Assembly: GCA_951406725.2 (NCBI GenBank)
Contig: OX597840.1
Location: forward strand, 23,064,001 to 23,128,000
DNA length: 64,000 bases
From: Octopus vulgaris
Lineage: Eukaryota
Direction of reading: 5' to 3'
Positions 39,837-53,704 of the stretch are shown here, in pieces. Positions within the stretch are counted from its first letter, which is position 1; each line of letters begins with the position of its first letter. The notes below the pieces were generated by a model that worked only from the letters and a program-made list of their open reading frames with translations, searched no databases and was not told the DNA's origin. The translations under genes and the position numbers were made by a program.

Positions 39837-42375
39837 ACATCTATGGTAAATCTTTGACATTAAATCATCCATTATTGAATCAAAAGAGTATTGACAGAGG
39901 AAGGAAAACATATCACTGTGATGTTAAACCTGAATCATTCTTTCAAAATGGTGAATTGTTTCTACACAGTCCTATTAATATGAAAGATATAACTGTAACC
40001 TAAGCTATTTGTGCTAAATCAATCTATGAAAATGGATCAATTATTGAAATGTAAATGCATTGATACAGAAGAGGAACCACGATGATGATGATCCTCATCA
40101 TTTAAAATTCTCCTATTCATGCTTCTGTGGATCAGATGGAATTCATTGATGCAGATTTTCTACATCTGGGTACCTTTCTTGTGACCAATTCTCACCTGTT
40201 TCCAAGCAAGGAAATATTTTCCATGGTGAGACATTTTACGCAGAGGACTGGAAGTGAACAACTGCACAAGTATGACGGTCATGATGTGTATATATGTAAT
40301 TACAAGCTTGTTTGTTCAACTGGTGTATTTATGTTAGTTAGAGTAGTGGGGTGAGTGGGAGGGAAAAGTAAAGGAAGGTGGTCTTATAATAATTCTGCTT
40401 GTCATTACGTTACTTAGGTCGTCAGTAACACTTTCATGTGATTGGAGAGAAAGGATAAGGCCATGAGTGGGACGGGAAGAGAGAGAAGCGTGCATGACAT
40501 GATAGGGCGACATATTTAGTGGAAGGTTGAGATATAGAGGAGAGTTAGGAATATAATTTTAGAAGGTGGGTGATGTTCTGATGGAGAGATTAAAGATAGG
40601 TAGAGAGAGACAGATGATGGTGGTGGTTGTGATGGTGAATACAAAGTGAAAAGTAATATTGTTTTTTTTTTACTTAAACTAAGTTTTTTTACAACACCTA
40701 CAAATTGAAATGTGTATTGGCTCTCTGACCAATCACCTTGGCTTACAAGTTACCACTGATGTGGTTTTCAGAGTAAGCCATGTTACATTAAATTGTGACC
40801 CTATATTTTACATATAAAGTAATTTTTTTAGTATACACTTCTTGTGCTTTAGATAAGAAATTGTGCCCAAGTAAATTTTAAAATGTAATTTTTTTCTGTT
40901 TATGAGAAAGCTGGAAAAATATGAGCGAATATTTATTTTATGATTGCTGTGTCTATAAAATTGTGCATAAAGTATTAAGTAATTACCGTATTCCAATTTC
41001 CTTCAGTTTTCAGTGAATAGCAGATGAGCGACTATCTTTTGATGCAGACACAATACAGGCTACACTTTAGAGTGTTTTGGATTCAGGAATAACCCAATCC
41101 ATTGCCTCACTAGACACTGAGGCCGTGACTAGTGACCGGGACCTTTTGTTTTTGGATAATGGATAAACAGCTGAAAGATTATATAAATATATATTTATAA
41201 AATTAAAGACTCAAATCTGTACAAGATGCAAAGCAAAAAGAATTCAATTAAGAATGCATCTGATGAAAGAATATTGGTTTAAAAAACATACGACATAAAA
41301 ATGATAACAATGAAGACTATAAGGAATATGAGGGAGATAGGGTGAATCCTTTCTTTTTGACAATGGTTGGGCATTGTCTTGTTGGAAGACTAATGCTTTT
41401 CTGTTGGTAATCTCCAGCCACAGTTCTTTGATATATTTTGGTTCAAATTAGCCAGTTGATGACAGAACACATCAGAATTAATGGTCTGGTTTTATGGGAG
41501 AAGGTCATAATAAACAATGCCTTTATGATCCCACCAAACACAAAGCACAGGTGTGTTGCCATGGATATTCATCTTTGGTTGCTTGGGGGATATTTCTGCA
41601 AACTCCAGGATCAGTTTTGCACAACATTAAGCATGCAATCCATTTTTCAACTCCAGTCACAAGTCGTTTCCAAAAAAGGGCATGCTTTCTTTCCATTTCA
41701 AAAGCATATCCCAAATGGAATACTGGTCCCAGCAATTCTTTTCTGAATGTTTCAAGCACCTATATATTAAAGCAAAGAATAAGATAGAAAGAGGGACAGA
41801 GAGAAGCGTACATGATATGTGATAGGGGGAACATAATATTTATTACATGGTTAAAAAAGTTAGTCGAAGTTGATGATATAGAGAAGTTAGCAATATAATT
41901 TTAGCAGAGTGGTGATGTTCTGATGGTGAGATTTGAGGCACAAAGAGAGAGAGATGATGGTTGTGGTGGAGGAAATGGTGATGGACAGTGCATAGTTAAA
42001 AGTAATTTGAATTTTAATTGAACAAAGGTTTTTATATCACGTATTTGCAGAATCGTATAAATTACCGGGTAAAAAGTACAAAATCACAATAATTTGATAT
42101 TTCTCCCCACTTTTTTTACATGAACAAAATGACAGCTTCCAAATATTGTTTTCTAAATGGGTAAGAATGATCAAACTTTAAACCACAGTAACTTTTTTAA
42201 AAATTCTTTTGTGGAAGAAGCAAATTAACTGATGGAATTCAGCGTGGAATATTATAGGGATACCTCAAATACTGAAATTTTCACTACACTCGAACATTTC
42301 CACACGTGGCCGCAAAACGGAAAAGGGTTGGTGATAATAACAATAATAGTGATGAAGCCGAATATTGAAGAAATC
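39837..42375 (+). repeat. Segmental duplicate of ~52340-54734 (ZNF 3' flank plus mariner relic)
   Basis: Near-identical text, e.g. ORFs 41438/53799 and 41494/53855. Confidence 0.92.
41345..41750 (-). mobile_element. Mariner transposase relic (catalytic region)
   Basis: KRLVTGVEKWI and LVFQQDNAQP (TGDEKW and HDNARPH motifs) with frameshifts. Confidence 0.8.
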
Positions 42376-42606
42376 TTTTTCACAAAATACCAAATCTATA
42401 AAGTAGAGCCGCGTTGTGTTTGGAATGCATCCCCGCTTTTGGCACTATTTTATAAGTATTACTACGCTGTGTCTAAAGTTATAGAGGTGTCGCTGCGCTG
42501 AATGTAGTCCAGTTCGTGTAACATGAAAAAGTAAGTAAACACGTAAAAGAATAACAATGGCTTCATATTGGTTGTCTATCCCATTAGAACGAAACTACAC
42601 ATAACA

Positions 42607-42619
42607 TGGTGGCAGCAGT
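42607..42619 (+). other. Primer-binding site, tRNA-Leu
   Basis: TGGTGGCAGCAGT directly after the LTR end TAACA; 12/13 match to the complement of the 3' end of eukaryotic tRNA-Leu(AAG/UAG) (TGGTGGCAGCGGT). Confidence 0.8.
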
Positions 42620-45600
42620 AAATAATTAATCGGAAACTGTGCCTTTACAACAAAACAGAAAGACAACGAACCAGAAATTAACAAACAAAACATCGCTTCG
42701 CCTTCGGACACACATACACGAGGATCCAAAATGGCGACCCCCGTCACCGTACAGATGAATCTACATCCGATCATGAACTGGGACTCCGATGATATCGTGG
42801 AAGCGTCTAAGAAATTCAAAACTCAACTAGCTTTCGAAAGTTTCCTGAAAGGCAAGACTGAAGATGAAAATGTAAGCCACATCCTTTTATGGACGGCAGA
42901 ATAAGGTCTAGACCCATTCAATAGCTGGGACATGTCAGAATCGGATTGCAATAACCCAGACACACTTTTAGAGAAATTTGAAAGGCACCTAGAGCCCAGA
43001 TAGAACCATAGAATTCACAGATACAAATTCCAGGGCCTGAAACAAGACCCACAAGAAAAGATTGACAATTTCCTGTGCAGACTAAAGAATGTTGCCGAAA
43101 AATGCAAATTCAAAGATAAGGACGAAAGAATTGTTGATCAATTAATATGGGGTTGTGCTCATAAAGAAGTTCAGAAATCCCTCATAGGTAAGGACGCTCT
43201 CCAGCTGATAGAAGCAGTAGACACTGCAAGAGCATTCGAAGCCACTACCAAACAAATGGCCTCACTTACCTTACAAACAAGCTCACTAGGCAGCAGTGTA
43301 GATATTGTATCTAGGCACAGGACGAAACATACCTGCAAACAAAGAACATGCCAGTACTGTGGTACAGAAAATGAGTTCGACAACCGGAAGAAATGTCCTG
43401 CATTCGGTACACACTGCAAAGCATGTGGTAAACCTAACCACTGGGAAAAAATGTGTAGGTTGGCAAAATCCCAGAAATACAAGCCCCAATTTTCAAAGAG
43501 AGAGACAAAGAGATATACATGCACAACTACATGAATAAAACACCTCAGAGAAGGAATTCTTGGCAGTCGGCACAATAAATGTGCATGAGATGGGGAATGA
43601 CGACCAGAGAAAAAATGAGGCATACACAACAATAAGAATACAAAAGAAGTCTGGCAGGAAACGAATAAACATTGACTTAAGGCTGAAGATTGACACTGGA
43701 GCCCAGAGTGATATCTTGCCTGTCAACCTCTACAAAAAGATGTTCCCAGAACACATGACACAAGAGGATAAAATCAAAGAAGGAATCCTCACACCAAGTG
43801 ATGTAATCCTCACTGCGTACGGAGGTACCAGGATTCCACAACTGGGTAAAACAACAATCACAGGGACACACAAAGGAAAAACAATCAATTCTTGGACTCA
43901 ATACCTGCAAAAAGCTAAATATTGTGTCAATCAATGGTGAAGTGAAGGCAACTCCGAGCAGGATTGACAGAGATATGCCTATCAAAGACCGACCACCATT
44001 AACAAACAAAGAGGAACTGATAAGCATGTACCCTGAATGCTTTGACGATACAGTCGGGTGCTTTGTGAAATGTCGATACCATATAACAGTCGACCCCAAT
44101 ATCAAACCAATTGTTCACCCACCTCACCGCATCCTTCTAGAACTAAAAGAGAAGCTGAAGACAGAGTTGGACAGAATGGAAAAAAAGAAATAATCACCAA
44201 AGTGACACGACCAACAGACTGGGTGAATTCAATTGTAATCAAGGAAAAACCCAATGGTACCCTACGGATATGCCTTGACCCAAGGGACCTGAACAAGGCA
44301 TTAAAAAGAGAGTACCATCCAATTCCAACCCTTGAAGAAATCACACCATCATTGGCTGGGTCCAAATTATTCAGCAAACTGGATGCCAGCAATGGGTACT
44401 GGAATGTAAAGATAGACAAAGTCATCCATGCTCACTACCTTCAACACACCATTTGGCAGATATCGATTCAACCGACTCCCATTTGGATTAAAGCTGAGCC
44501 AAGATGTTTTCCAGCGCCAAATAGATGAGACCTACCAAGGCTGCAAGGGAGCAATTGGAATAGCAGATGACATCCAAGTGAATGGCAAGGATGAGACCAC
44601 ACACGACTTCAGTTTACATGAAGCTATGGAGAAAACCCGACAAGCAGGCATCAAACTCAATGCAGACAAGTGTGTGATAAAAGAAAAGGAGTGCAAATTC
44701 TTTGGAATTATATACTCTGCAGAGGGAGTTAAACCAGACCCCGCTAAAGTGGAAGCCATCAGAGACATTAAAGAACCTAAAGACAAGAAGGAACTCAGGA
44801 GCTTCCTGGGACTCATTCACTACATGGGAGCCTTCATACCCAAGTTGGCCGATCACACTGCAAATCTCCGAGAACTAAACAAAGATGACGTAGAGTTTGA
44901 TTGGTGTGCTTCACACACACAGGATTTCAAAGCAATCAAAAAGCTCATCAGTAAAGAGGCAACTCTGCAATACTATGACAGACGCAAACCAGTAACACTC
45001 CAAGTCGATGCTTCTATGCAGCACTGATACAGGAAGGTAAACCCATTGCATATGCCTCGAAAGCTCTCTCACCCACAGAGACAAGGTACGCACATATTGA
45101 AAGGGAACTCCTGGCAGTAGTATATGGATGTGAAAAGTTCCATACATACCTGTATGGCAGACATTTCAATAGTGAAACAGACCATCGCCCACTAGAACAA
45201 ATACATAGAAAAAACCTCATGAAAGCACCAGCCAGACTGCAAAGATTACTGTTAAGGCTTCAAACATACGACTATGATATCAGGTACAAGCCAGGAAAAG
45301 ACCTGATATTGGCGGATGCTCTTTCCAGACTATCCTCACATGATAAACAGGAGATGGAAGGACTAAGCATAAAGGTCCACCACATTATAAATGTAACAAC
45401 CACCCATCAGCAGACAACGTGCTGCATCAGTGACAACACCCACAGAATCATCATCCCAATGGGCACCAACCACTCACAGACACTGGTGCTAAGCACAAGA
45501 TCACCAGATGGAGAAAGAACATCCTGCCACCGGTTCGATACCGTTAAAGAAAAAATATTTTCTCTTTTTATTCATGATGAAGTTTTTTCAAAACAAAAAA

Positions 45601-45752
45601 AAATTAAATTAAAAGATAAATAACTAATTCTGCTCGATTACAAAGCAGAGGCAGAATAATCTCACGGTTTCTACTGCAGGAGTGCCACCTCACGCTGACA
45701 GTCCATTATATTTGTCCTCACTGCCAAAAGACCCCTTTTTTTTTACAAGAGA

Positions 45753-45977
45753 TGTTACACATTCATATCTATGCGTGGGCGTGCGTGTGTGAAATACGTC
45801 CCCGCTTTTGGCACTATTTTATATTTGTATTACTACGCTGTGTCTAAAGTTACAGAGGTGTCGCTGCGCTGAATGTAGTCCAGTCCTTGTAACATGAAAA
45901 AGTAAATAAACACGTAAAAGAATAACTATGCTTCGTATTGAGTTGTTTATCCCATTAGAACGAAACTACACATAACA
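45753..45977 (+). repeat. 3' LTR (225 bp)
   Basis: TGTTA...TAACA termini; repeats 42411-42606. Confidence 0.9.
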
Positions 45978-47337
45978 GTGATGAAGCCAAATATTGAAGA
46001 AATCTCTTTCACAAAATACCAAATCTATTAAAGTAAAGCCGCAATTCTTTAAAGACTGGAGTTAGTTCCCTTTGTTCATTGTCAAAACTCTTCCTCATTA
46101 AGTGTATTTCTTGTTCTTGTTTCTCACGCACCTTCATTGTTTGATCAGTTCCACTTTGACAACTGATATTTAAGAGGAGAACCCAATCAAATATATACAA
46201 ATGATTGGTAATTAACTGTCTAAACAAACAGATACAGCATTTACGATTATGTGAACCAGAAAAATATTAATCAACGTTTGTTGTAGAAATCTAGAAATTC
46301 TCTTGAAGCTGTCGTTGTCCACTCTGACTCCAGTTCTCACATCTTCCTCCTTCACTCTTTCTCTCCATATCTATTACTATGTAAGTATTTATTTAAACAT
46401 TTCTATTATATATGTGTCGTATTATGTACATTTATTTGTTTCGATGTGTTGAGAAAGTTAAAAGAAAAAAAATCTCACTAAGACGAAATTATACGAAAGG
46501 CTGTAATTTTAATACTTTCATTGTGTTGTTTTCTTTTAGACATTTCATTGCACTTTTGGTTATTTTCAAAATTATTTGTAAAAACGTCGGATCAATCCCT
46601 TGTTTAGATAACATTTATCTTTCTTTCTAACGTGTAAATTCGACAATTTCGTTAAATGCGGGAAAATTACGATGTAATTAGTAAGAAATGGGAAATGTAT
46701 AAAAATACGAGTGTGCACTTGAAATACTGAAACGAAAAGCAAATATCGTAACGAGAGGAAATGGAACGGCTTCTATTTGAGACGTAGGAAGTCTTTATTT
46801 CCGGTGGTTCTTCTGCATCATTAAAAGTTAGAATTAATATATTTTTCTAATTTATTTAATTTTTGTGTGTGTGGAATGTTGCTTTAAGCACCAAATATAA
46901 TCCCTCGTCACATATTTTTATTTGGGGGAACTTTCAGAAATTTTTGCGTTCGAGAATTCGTTCGGTCATGCAACCAAAAAAAGAAAAAAATCAACTGTGA
47001 TTTATGAGCTATTTAGCTGTTATTTTTCGCACATCTCACAACCAGTATGGTAATAATTCTCTACTTAAGTTCCTCTGGGCTTGCAGGAAGAGGGGAGACA
47101 TAGACTAGGCCCTCCCTGAGCAAGAAATGGCAAGGTGTCATTGCCTTCTTCAAGACGCGCCAAACTCTTTGGAGGAATCTGGCTTTCATTCTCCACATCA
47201 ACCAATAATTTTTCCTACGTTAAAATTTCCCCACTAAGGATTTTGATGCTGTTAGTGAGTCATCAATATTATTTACTGACATTTATTCATCTTTTATGCT
47301 CACCAAAATATTAACATTGAACTAACCCTATATATAT

Positions 47338-49957
47338 CACCATCATCATCATTTAGCGTCCGCTTTCCATGCTAGCATGGGTTGGAAGGTTCAACTGGGG
47401 TCTGTGAAGCCAGAAGGCTGCATCAGGCCCAGTCTGATCTGGCAGTGTTTCTACGGCTGAATGCCCTTCCTAACGCCAACCACTCCGTGAGTGTAGTGGG
47501 TGCTTTTTACGTGCCACTGGCACGGGGGCCAGGCGAGGCTGGCAACGGCTACGAACGGATGGAGCTATTACGTGCCACCGGCACGGGGGCCAGTCGAGAC
47601 CGGCAACAGCCACGATCGGATGGTTTACGTGCCACCGGCACGGGGGCCAGGCGGGGCTGGCAACGGCCACGAAGGGATGGTGCTTTTACGTGCCACTGGC
47701 ACGGAGGCCAGTCGGGGCGGTGCTGGCAACGGCCACAATCGGATGGTTCGCTTACTTGCCACCGGCACTGGTATTACAGCTGCAATTTCCATTGATGTTG
47801 ATCGACTTCGATTTTGGTTCTGCTTTCTGATATCTGATTTGATTTGGTTTGATTTTGATTTTGTTTTTCACTTGCCTCAACGGGTCTTCACAAGTGGAGT
47901 TTTGTGTCCCAAGAAGGAAAGGTATGTATAAGTCGACTGGCTACATATCAGGTAGAGGCCACGGGTTATGGTCTCACTAATCTTGCCGGGTCTTCTCACG
48001 CACAGCATACTTCCATACGTCTCGGTCTCTAGTTCGAAGGTTGTGCTTCACCACCTCGTCCCAGGTTTTCCTGGGCCTACCTCTTCCACAGGTTCCCTCA
48101 ACTGCTAGGGTGTGGCACTTTTGCACACAACTATCTTCAGCCATTCTCGTCACATGACCATACCAGCGCAAACGTCTCTCTTGCACACCACAAGTGATGC
48201 TTCTTTGGTCCAACTTTTCTCTCAAGGTACTTACACTCTGTCGATTATGAACACTGACATTACACATCCATCGGAGCATACTGGCTTCATATCCTCAGCA
48301 GTCACAGCTCATGTTTCACTACCATGTAGCATGGCTGTACGCACACATGCATCATACAGTCTGCCTTTTACTCTGAGCGAGAGGCCTTTTGTCACCAGCA
48401 GGGGTAAGAGCTCTCTAAACTTTGCCTAGGCTATTCTTAATCTAGCAGTTACACTTTCAGCACACCCACCCCCACTACTGACTTGGTCACCTAGGTAGCG
48501 GAAGCTATCAACTACTTCTAGTTTTTCTCCCTGGAACGTGGTAGAAGTTGGTCTCTGCACATTTTCAGTGTTTATTGCTCCTGAGCATCTGCCACAGACA
48601 AAAACTATTTTCCTAGTTAGCCTTCCTTTGACATTGCTGCACCTCTTATGTGTCCATAGCTTACACTTGGTGCACCTTATAGTTTCTACCTACACCTTTT
48701 TTTACAGATCGAGCAGGGCCATCTACCTGAAGGCATTTGTGATTGGTCTATCTTCCTACTTATTAGGACTTTCGTTTTGGCTAGGTTGATTCTAAAGCCC
48801 TTCGATTCTAAACCTTGCTTCCACGCCTGAAACTTCGCCTCCAGTTCTGATAGTGACTCAGCAATTAGAGCAAGGTCATCAGCATAGAGGAGCTCCCAGG
48901 GGCATCATGTCTTGAATTCCTCCGTTATTGCCTGGAGGACTATGATAAATAGGAGGGGACTGAGGACTGAACCTTGGTGGACCCCAACCTCTACCCGGAG
49001 TTCTTCACTGTACTCATTGCCAACCCTCACCTTACTAGCAGCGTCTCTGTACATTGCTCGCACAGCTCTCACTAACCATTCATCTGTCCCTAGCTTCCTC
49101 ATTGACCACCAGATAAGGGATCGGGGGACCCTGTCGAAGGATTTCTCTATGTCAACAAAAGCCAGGTACAGGGGCTTATCTTTGGCTGGGTATTTCTCCT
49201 GCAGCTGTCTTACCTGGAATATAGCATCAGTAGTACTTTTCCCTAGCACGAACCCAAATTGCATCTCATCTAAGCTAACCCTCTCTCTAATTAGTTGGGC
49301 TATAACCCTCTCCGTAACCTTCATTACCTGATCCAGCAGCTTGATACCCCTGTAGTTATTTGTATCTAGGGCGTCACCTTTACCTTTGTAGCAGTTGACT
49401 ATTATGCTGCTACACCAGTCATTGGGTATGACTCCTTCATGTATCACCTGGTTAACCATACGGGTGACTAGGCTATAGCTGACACTACCAGATATTTTGA
49501 GCATCTCTGCAGTAATTCCTGTTGGGCCTGGGGCTTTCCCTGTTTTCATGCTTGTAATTGCCTTAACTACTAAGGAACTGTCAACTCGGATTGCTGGTCC
49601 CTCTGTTGGGTCGACATTTGGCAGACTCTCTTTATCCCATTCATTTTCCTCATTCAGCAACCTTTTATAGTGGCGTCTCCAAACCTCTCTCTTAGCATCC
49701 TCATTTAGTGCAAGTGAACTGTCATCCTTGCGAACACATTTCTCTCCTACCATGTCACGATTCTCTCTCACACACTGTCTTGCAACACGAAATACCTCAG
49801 GTCTTTCATCCTCATGGCGCAGAACATTGGCAAATTTTTTCCTATCTGCTTCCCCTCTGGCTAAATACACCTGCCTCATAGATTCCCTTCTGGCAGTCTG
49901 ATACACTTCCCTGCTACAACCGTTCTCCCAAGCCTGTTTCTTTTGTCTAATAGCCCT
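47338..49957 (-). mobile_element. 5'-truncated RTE-type LINE (RT, PHD-like insert, 3'UTR with (GAT)n tail)
   Basis: GKAPGPTGI, NYRGIKLL, QFGF, AFVDIEKSFD, GVHQGSVLSPLLF, LLYADDL, MLRWMC..RLRWYGHV. 3' end AACCCATGCTAGCATGGAAAGCGGACGCTAAATGATGATG; stops present. Confidence 0.95.
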
Positions 49958-49982
49958 ATACATATATATGTATTTGTATATA

Positions 49983-50283
49983 TGGCTCCCATGCAGGTAA
50001 CATGTAAAAAGTACCATTCAAGCATGATTGATGCTAGTGCTGCCTGACTTGCACCCATGCCGGTAGCACATACAAAGCTCCTTTCAAGCATGGTCGATGC
50101 CAATGCTACCTGACTGGCTCTGTGGCACATAAAAGGCAACTGCTACACGCTCAAACAGCATCCAGCTGTAGAAATCTTGCCTGATAAGATTGAAACCTTG
50201 TTCAGCCTCATGGCTTGCCAATCCTCAGTCAAACCTCACAACCCATGCCAGCGTGGAAAGCAGATGTTAAACGATGATGATGA
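49983..50283 (+). mobile_element. Related RTE 3'UTR/SINE fragment in the opposite orientation
   Basis: Ends ACCCATGCCAGCGTGGAAAGCAGATGTTAAACGATGATGATG and contains decayed TGGCTCCCATGC..GGCAC..AAAA repeats. Confidence 0.8.
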
Positions 50284-51044
50284 AGGTAGGGAAAGAGCGA
50301 TATCTATTTTAGCAAACAAAGATACAAGACTGCAATGAAAACATCAGAAATCTAGTGTCATTAATATGTATATTGGTGTGTGTGTGTGGAAGTGTATATA
50401 TGACAGACTTTATTTACCAGGAGTTGGTATTATAATAGATGTGTCTACTCTATGATATAAACATTTTGGTAATGCAGAAATGGGATAAATTTAATTGTTC
50501 AGATAAAGGATTGCTTCTACAATATATGAAAACAGAAATGCCGTAAATTTGGGCTTTTGAATATCTGCCTTTTAAACATACTTGATGTCTTATATTATTT
50601 CTTCTGTTCTTTCAGAAAATCACATGAAATTGGCTAAAAAGTATTTTTTACTTTTAAAGAATCATCAATATGTATCATGTTTGAAAGACTCTGCAAAGAT
50701 ATTCTACAAACGTATAATCCTGCTTCTATAAAACATTGCTGAATTACAGTAAAATATTTCCTCTGAGAGAGAAAGCATTTCTTTATTTCTGTGTCTGAAA
50801 TGTGCAAGAGATAATTTTCTCTTTTAAATGTACTTTGATGAATTTACAAAGAGTATTTGCGACATTTTTAAATATTGGCAATGATCACATTTAGAAGAAA
50901 TATAAGAGAAGTGATATTTGTTTGGAATAAACTATAAAAGCAAAAAGAAGCAAAATATCCATGAATTTTGGTGAGAGGAGAAATATTATTGAAAAGTTGT
51001 TGATCTGTACAACTTGAAGGTTCAGTTTTATTTTTCTTGAAGAG

Positions 51045-52206
51045 ATGTCTGAAGAATTAAGAAAATCATCATATGACTGTGACATCTGCAAAGAGTCATT
51101 CTTAGAAGAAAGTAAATTCAATCAACACAAACAAATTCATGCAGGAGAATAACCATATCCCTGTGATATCTGTGGTAAATCATTCTCTCGAAGCAATAGC
51201 TTAACTAAGCACAAACGTATTCATACAGGAGAGAAACCATATCACTGTGATATCTGTGGTAAATCATCCTCTCATAGCGGTAGCTTAACTAAACACACAC
51301 GTATTCACACAGGAGAGAAACCATATTCCTGTGATATCTGTGGTACATCATTCTCCCAAAGCGGTAGCTTAACTACTCACAAATGGGTTCATACAGGAGA
51401 GAAACCATATCACTGTGATATCTGTGGTAAATCATTCTCTAATGGCAGTAACTTAACTCAGCACAAAGGTATTCATACAGGGGAGAAACCATATTGCTGT
51501 GATATCTGTGGTAAATCATTCTCTCGTTATCATAGCTTAGCTATTCACATACGTACTCATACAGTGGACAAGCCATATCACTGTGATATCTGTGGTAAAT
51601 CATTCTATCAAAGTGTTAACTTAACTATACATAAACGTATTCATACAAATGAGAAACCATATACCTGTGATGTCTGTGGTAAATCATTCTATCAAAGTGG
51701 TAACTTAACTAACCACATACGTGTTCATACAGGAGAGGAATCATATTGTGATATCTGTGGTAAATCATTATCTAGTGGCAGTAGCTTATCGAAACACAAA
51801 CATATTCATACTGGGGAGAAACCATATCACTGATGTCTGTGGTAAGTCATTCTCTCAAAGCAGCAGCTTAACCAATCACATACGTATCCATACAGGAGAG
51901 AGTCCGTATTCTTGTGACATCTGTGGTAAGTCATTCACTCAGGACAGTGGCTTAACTCAACACAAACGTATCCATACAAAAGAGAAACCATATTCCTGCG
52001 ATATCTGTGGAAGATCATTCTCTCATAGCGGTAGGTTAACTACTCACAAATGTGTTCATACAGGTGAGAAACCATATTCCTGTGATATCTATGGTAAGAT
52101 GTTCTCTGGAAACAGTCACTTAACTATACACAAATGCATTCAGACTCAAGAAAAATCAATTCACAGTGATATCTGTGGCAAATCATTTACACAAAATCAT
52201 TTCTGA
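51045..52206 (+). pseudogene. C2H2 poly-finger pseudogene, copy G (~13-14 fingers)
   Basis: ATG TCT GAA GAA at 51045; TAA at 51150 in the first linker; 3-nt deletion at ~51745 and a 2-nt frameshift at ~51830. Confidence 0.9.
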
Positions 52207-53704
52207 TTTAAACAGAAGTCTTTCCTTATGAAGTGGGTCCATAACACAGTGATATTTGTTGTATAACATTTCCTCAGAAGGACAAAGGACGTATCTCATA
52301 AAGACATCCACAGAATATAGAAACTATATGAATGTGACATCTATAGTAAATCTTTGACATGAAATCATCCATTATTGAATCAAAAGAGCATTGACAGAGG
52401 AAGGAAAACATATCACTGTGATGTTAAACCTGAATCATTCTTTCAAAATGGTGAATTGTTTCTACACAGTCCTATTAATATGAAAGATATAACTGTAACC
52501 TAAGCTATTTGTGCTAAATCAATCTACGAAAATGATCAATAATTGAAATGTAAATGCATTCATACAGAAGAGGAACCACGATGATGATGATCCTCATTTA
52601 AAATACTCCTATTCATGCTTCTGTGGATTAGATGGAACTCATTGATGGAGATTTTGTACATCTGGGTACCTTTCTTGTGACCAATCTTCACCTGTTTCCA
52701 AGCAAGGAAATATCTTCCCTGGTGAGACATATTTTACGCAGAGGACTGGAAATGAACAACTGCACAAGTATGACGGTCATGATGGCCATTTATGAACACC
52801 ACATAATATCTGGACACACACACACATATGTATGTCTGGAGAATTTCTTTTAGGAAATATCTTACATGTTTTCTCTGTGTAAAAGTTTTTGATTCCTATA
52901 AGGAAATGAAATACATGTAATGCTGAATAAATAATATCAAACTTTTCTCCGGTCTCCTTGTGTGATTTGTAATTACCTTGCAAAAAATATTATCCAAACC
53001 TCCCACAAAAATAATGTACGTGTAATATAATTTTAGAAGGTGGGTAATGTTCTGATGGAGAGATTAAAGAAAGGTAGAGAGAGACAGATGATGGTGGTGG
53101 TTGTGATGGTGAATACAGAGTGAAAAGTAATGTTTTTTTTATACTTGAACTAAGTTTTTTTTTACAACACCTACAAATTGAAATGTGTATTGGCTCTCTG
53201 ACCCATCACCTTGGCTTACAAGTTACCACTGATGTGGTTTTCAGAGTAAGCCATGTTACATTAAATTCTGACCCCTATATTTTACATATAAGGTAATTTT
53301 TTTAGTATACACTTCTCGTGTTTTAGGTAAGAAATTGTGCCCATGTAAAATTTAAAATGTAATTTTTTTTTGTGAATAGCAGATGAGCGACTATCTTTTG
53401 ATGCAGACACAATACAGGCTCCACTTTAGAGTGTTTTGGTATCAGGAATAACCCAGTCCATTGCCTCACTAGACACCGAGGCCATGACTGGTGACTGGGA
53501 ACTTTTGTTTTTGGATAATGGATAAACAGCTAAAAGATTATAGAAATATATATTTATAAAATTAAAGACTTAAATCTGTACAAGAAGCAAAGCAAAAAGA
53601 GAATTCAATTAAGAATGCATCTGATGAAAGAATATTGGTTTAAAAAACATACGACATAAAAATGATAACAATGAAGACTATAAGGAATATGAGGGAGATA
53701 GGGT

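Larger units (their letters stand above)
42411..45977 (+). mobile_element. Ty3/gypsy LTR retrotransposon (Mag-like), decayed, integrase deleted
   Basis: Gag from ATG 42731 with a double zinc knuckle (CQYCG..CPAFGTHCKACGKPNHWEKMC), protease LKIDTGA, RT (LPFGL, IADDI), RNase H (LQVDAS, ERELLAV, TDHRPL); stops and frameshifts. LTRs at ~42411-42606 and 45753-45977 (TGTTA..TAACA). Confidence 0.95.

Noticed and set aside
41255-41300. CTGATGA as a second hammerhead core (also 53621, 58825)
   Set aside because: No properly spaced GAAA with closing stems I-III.
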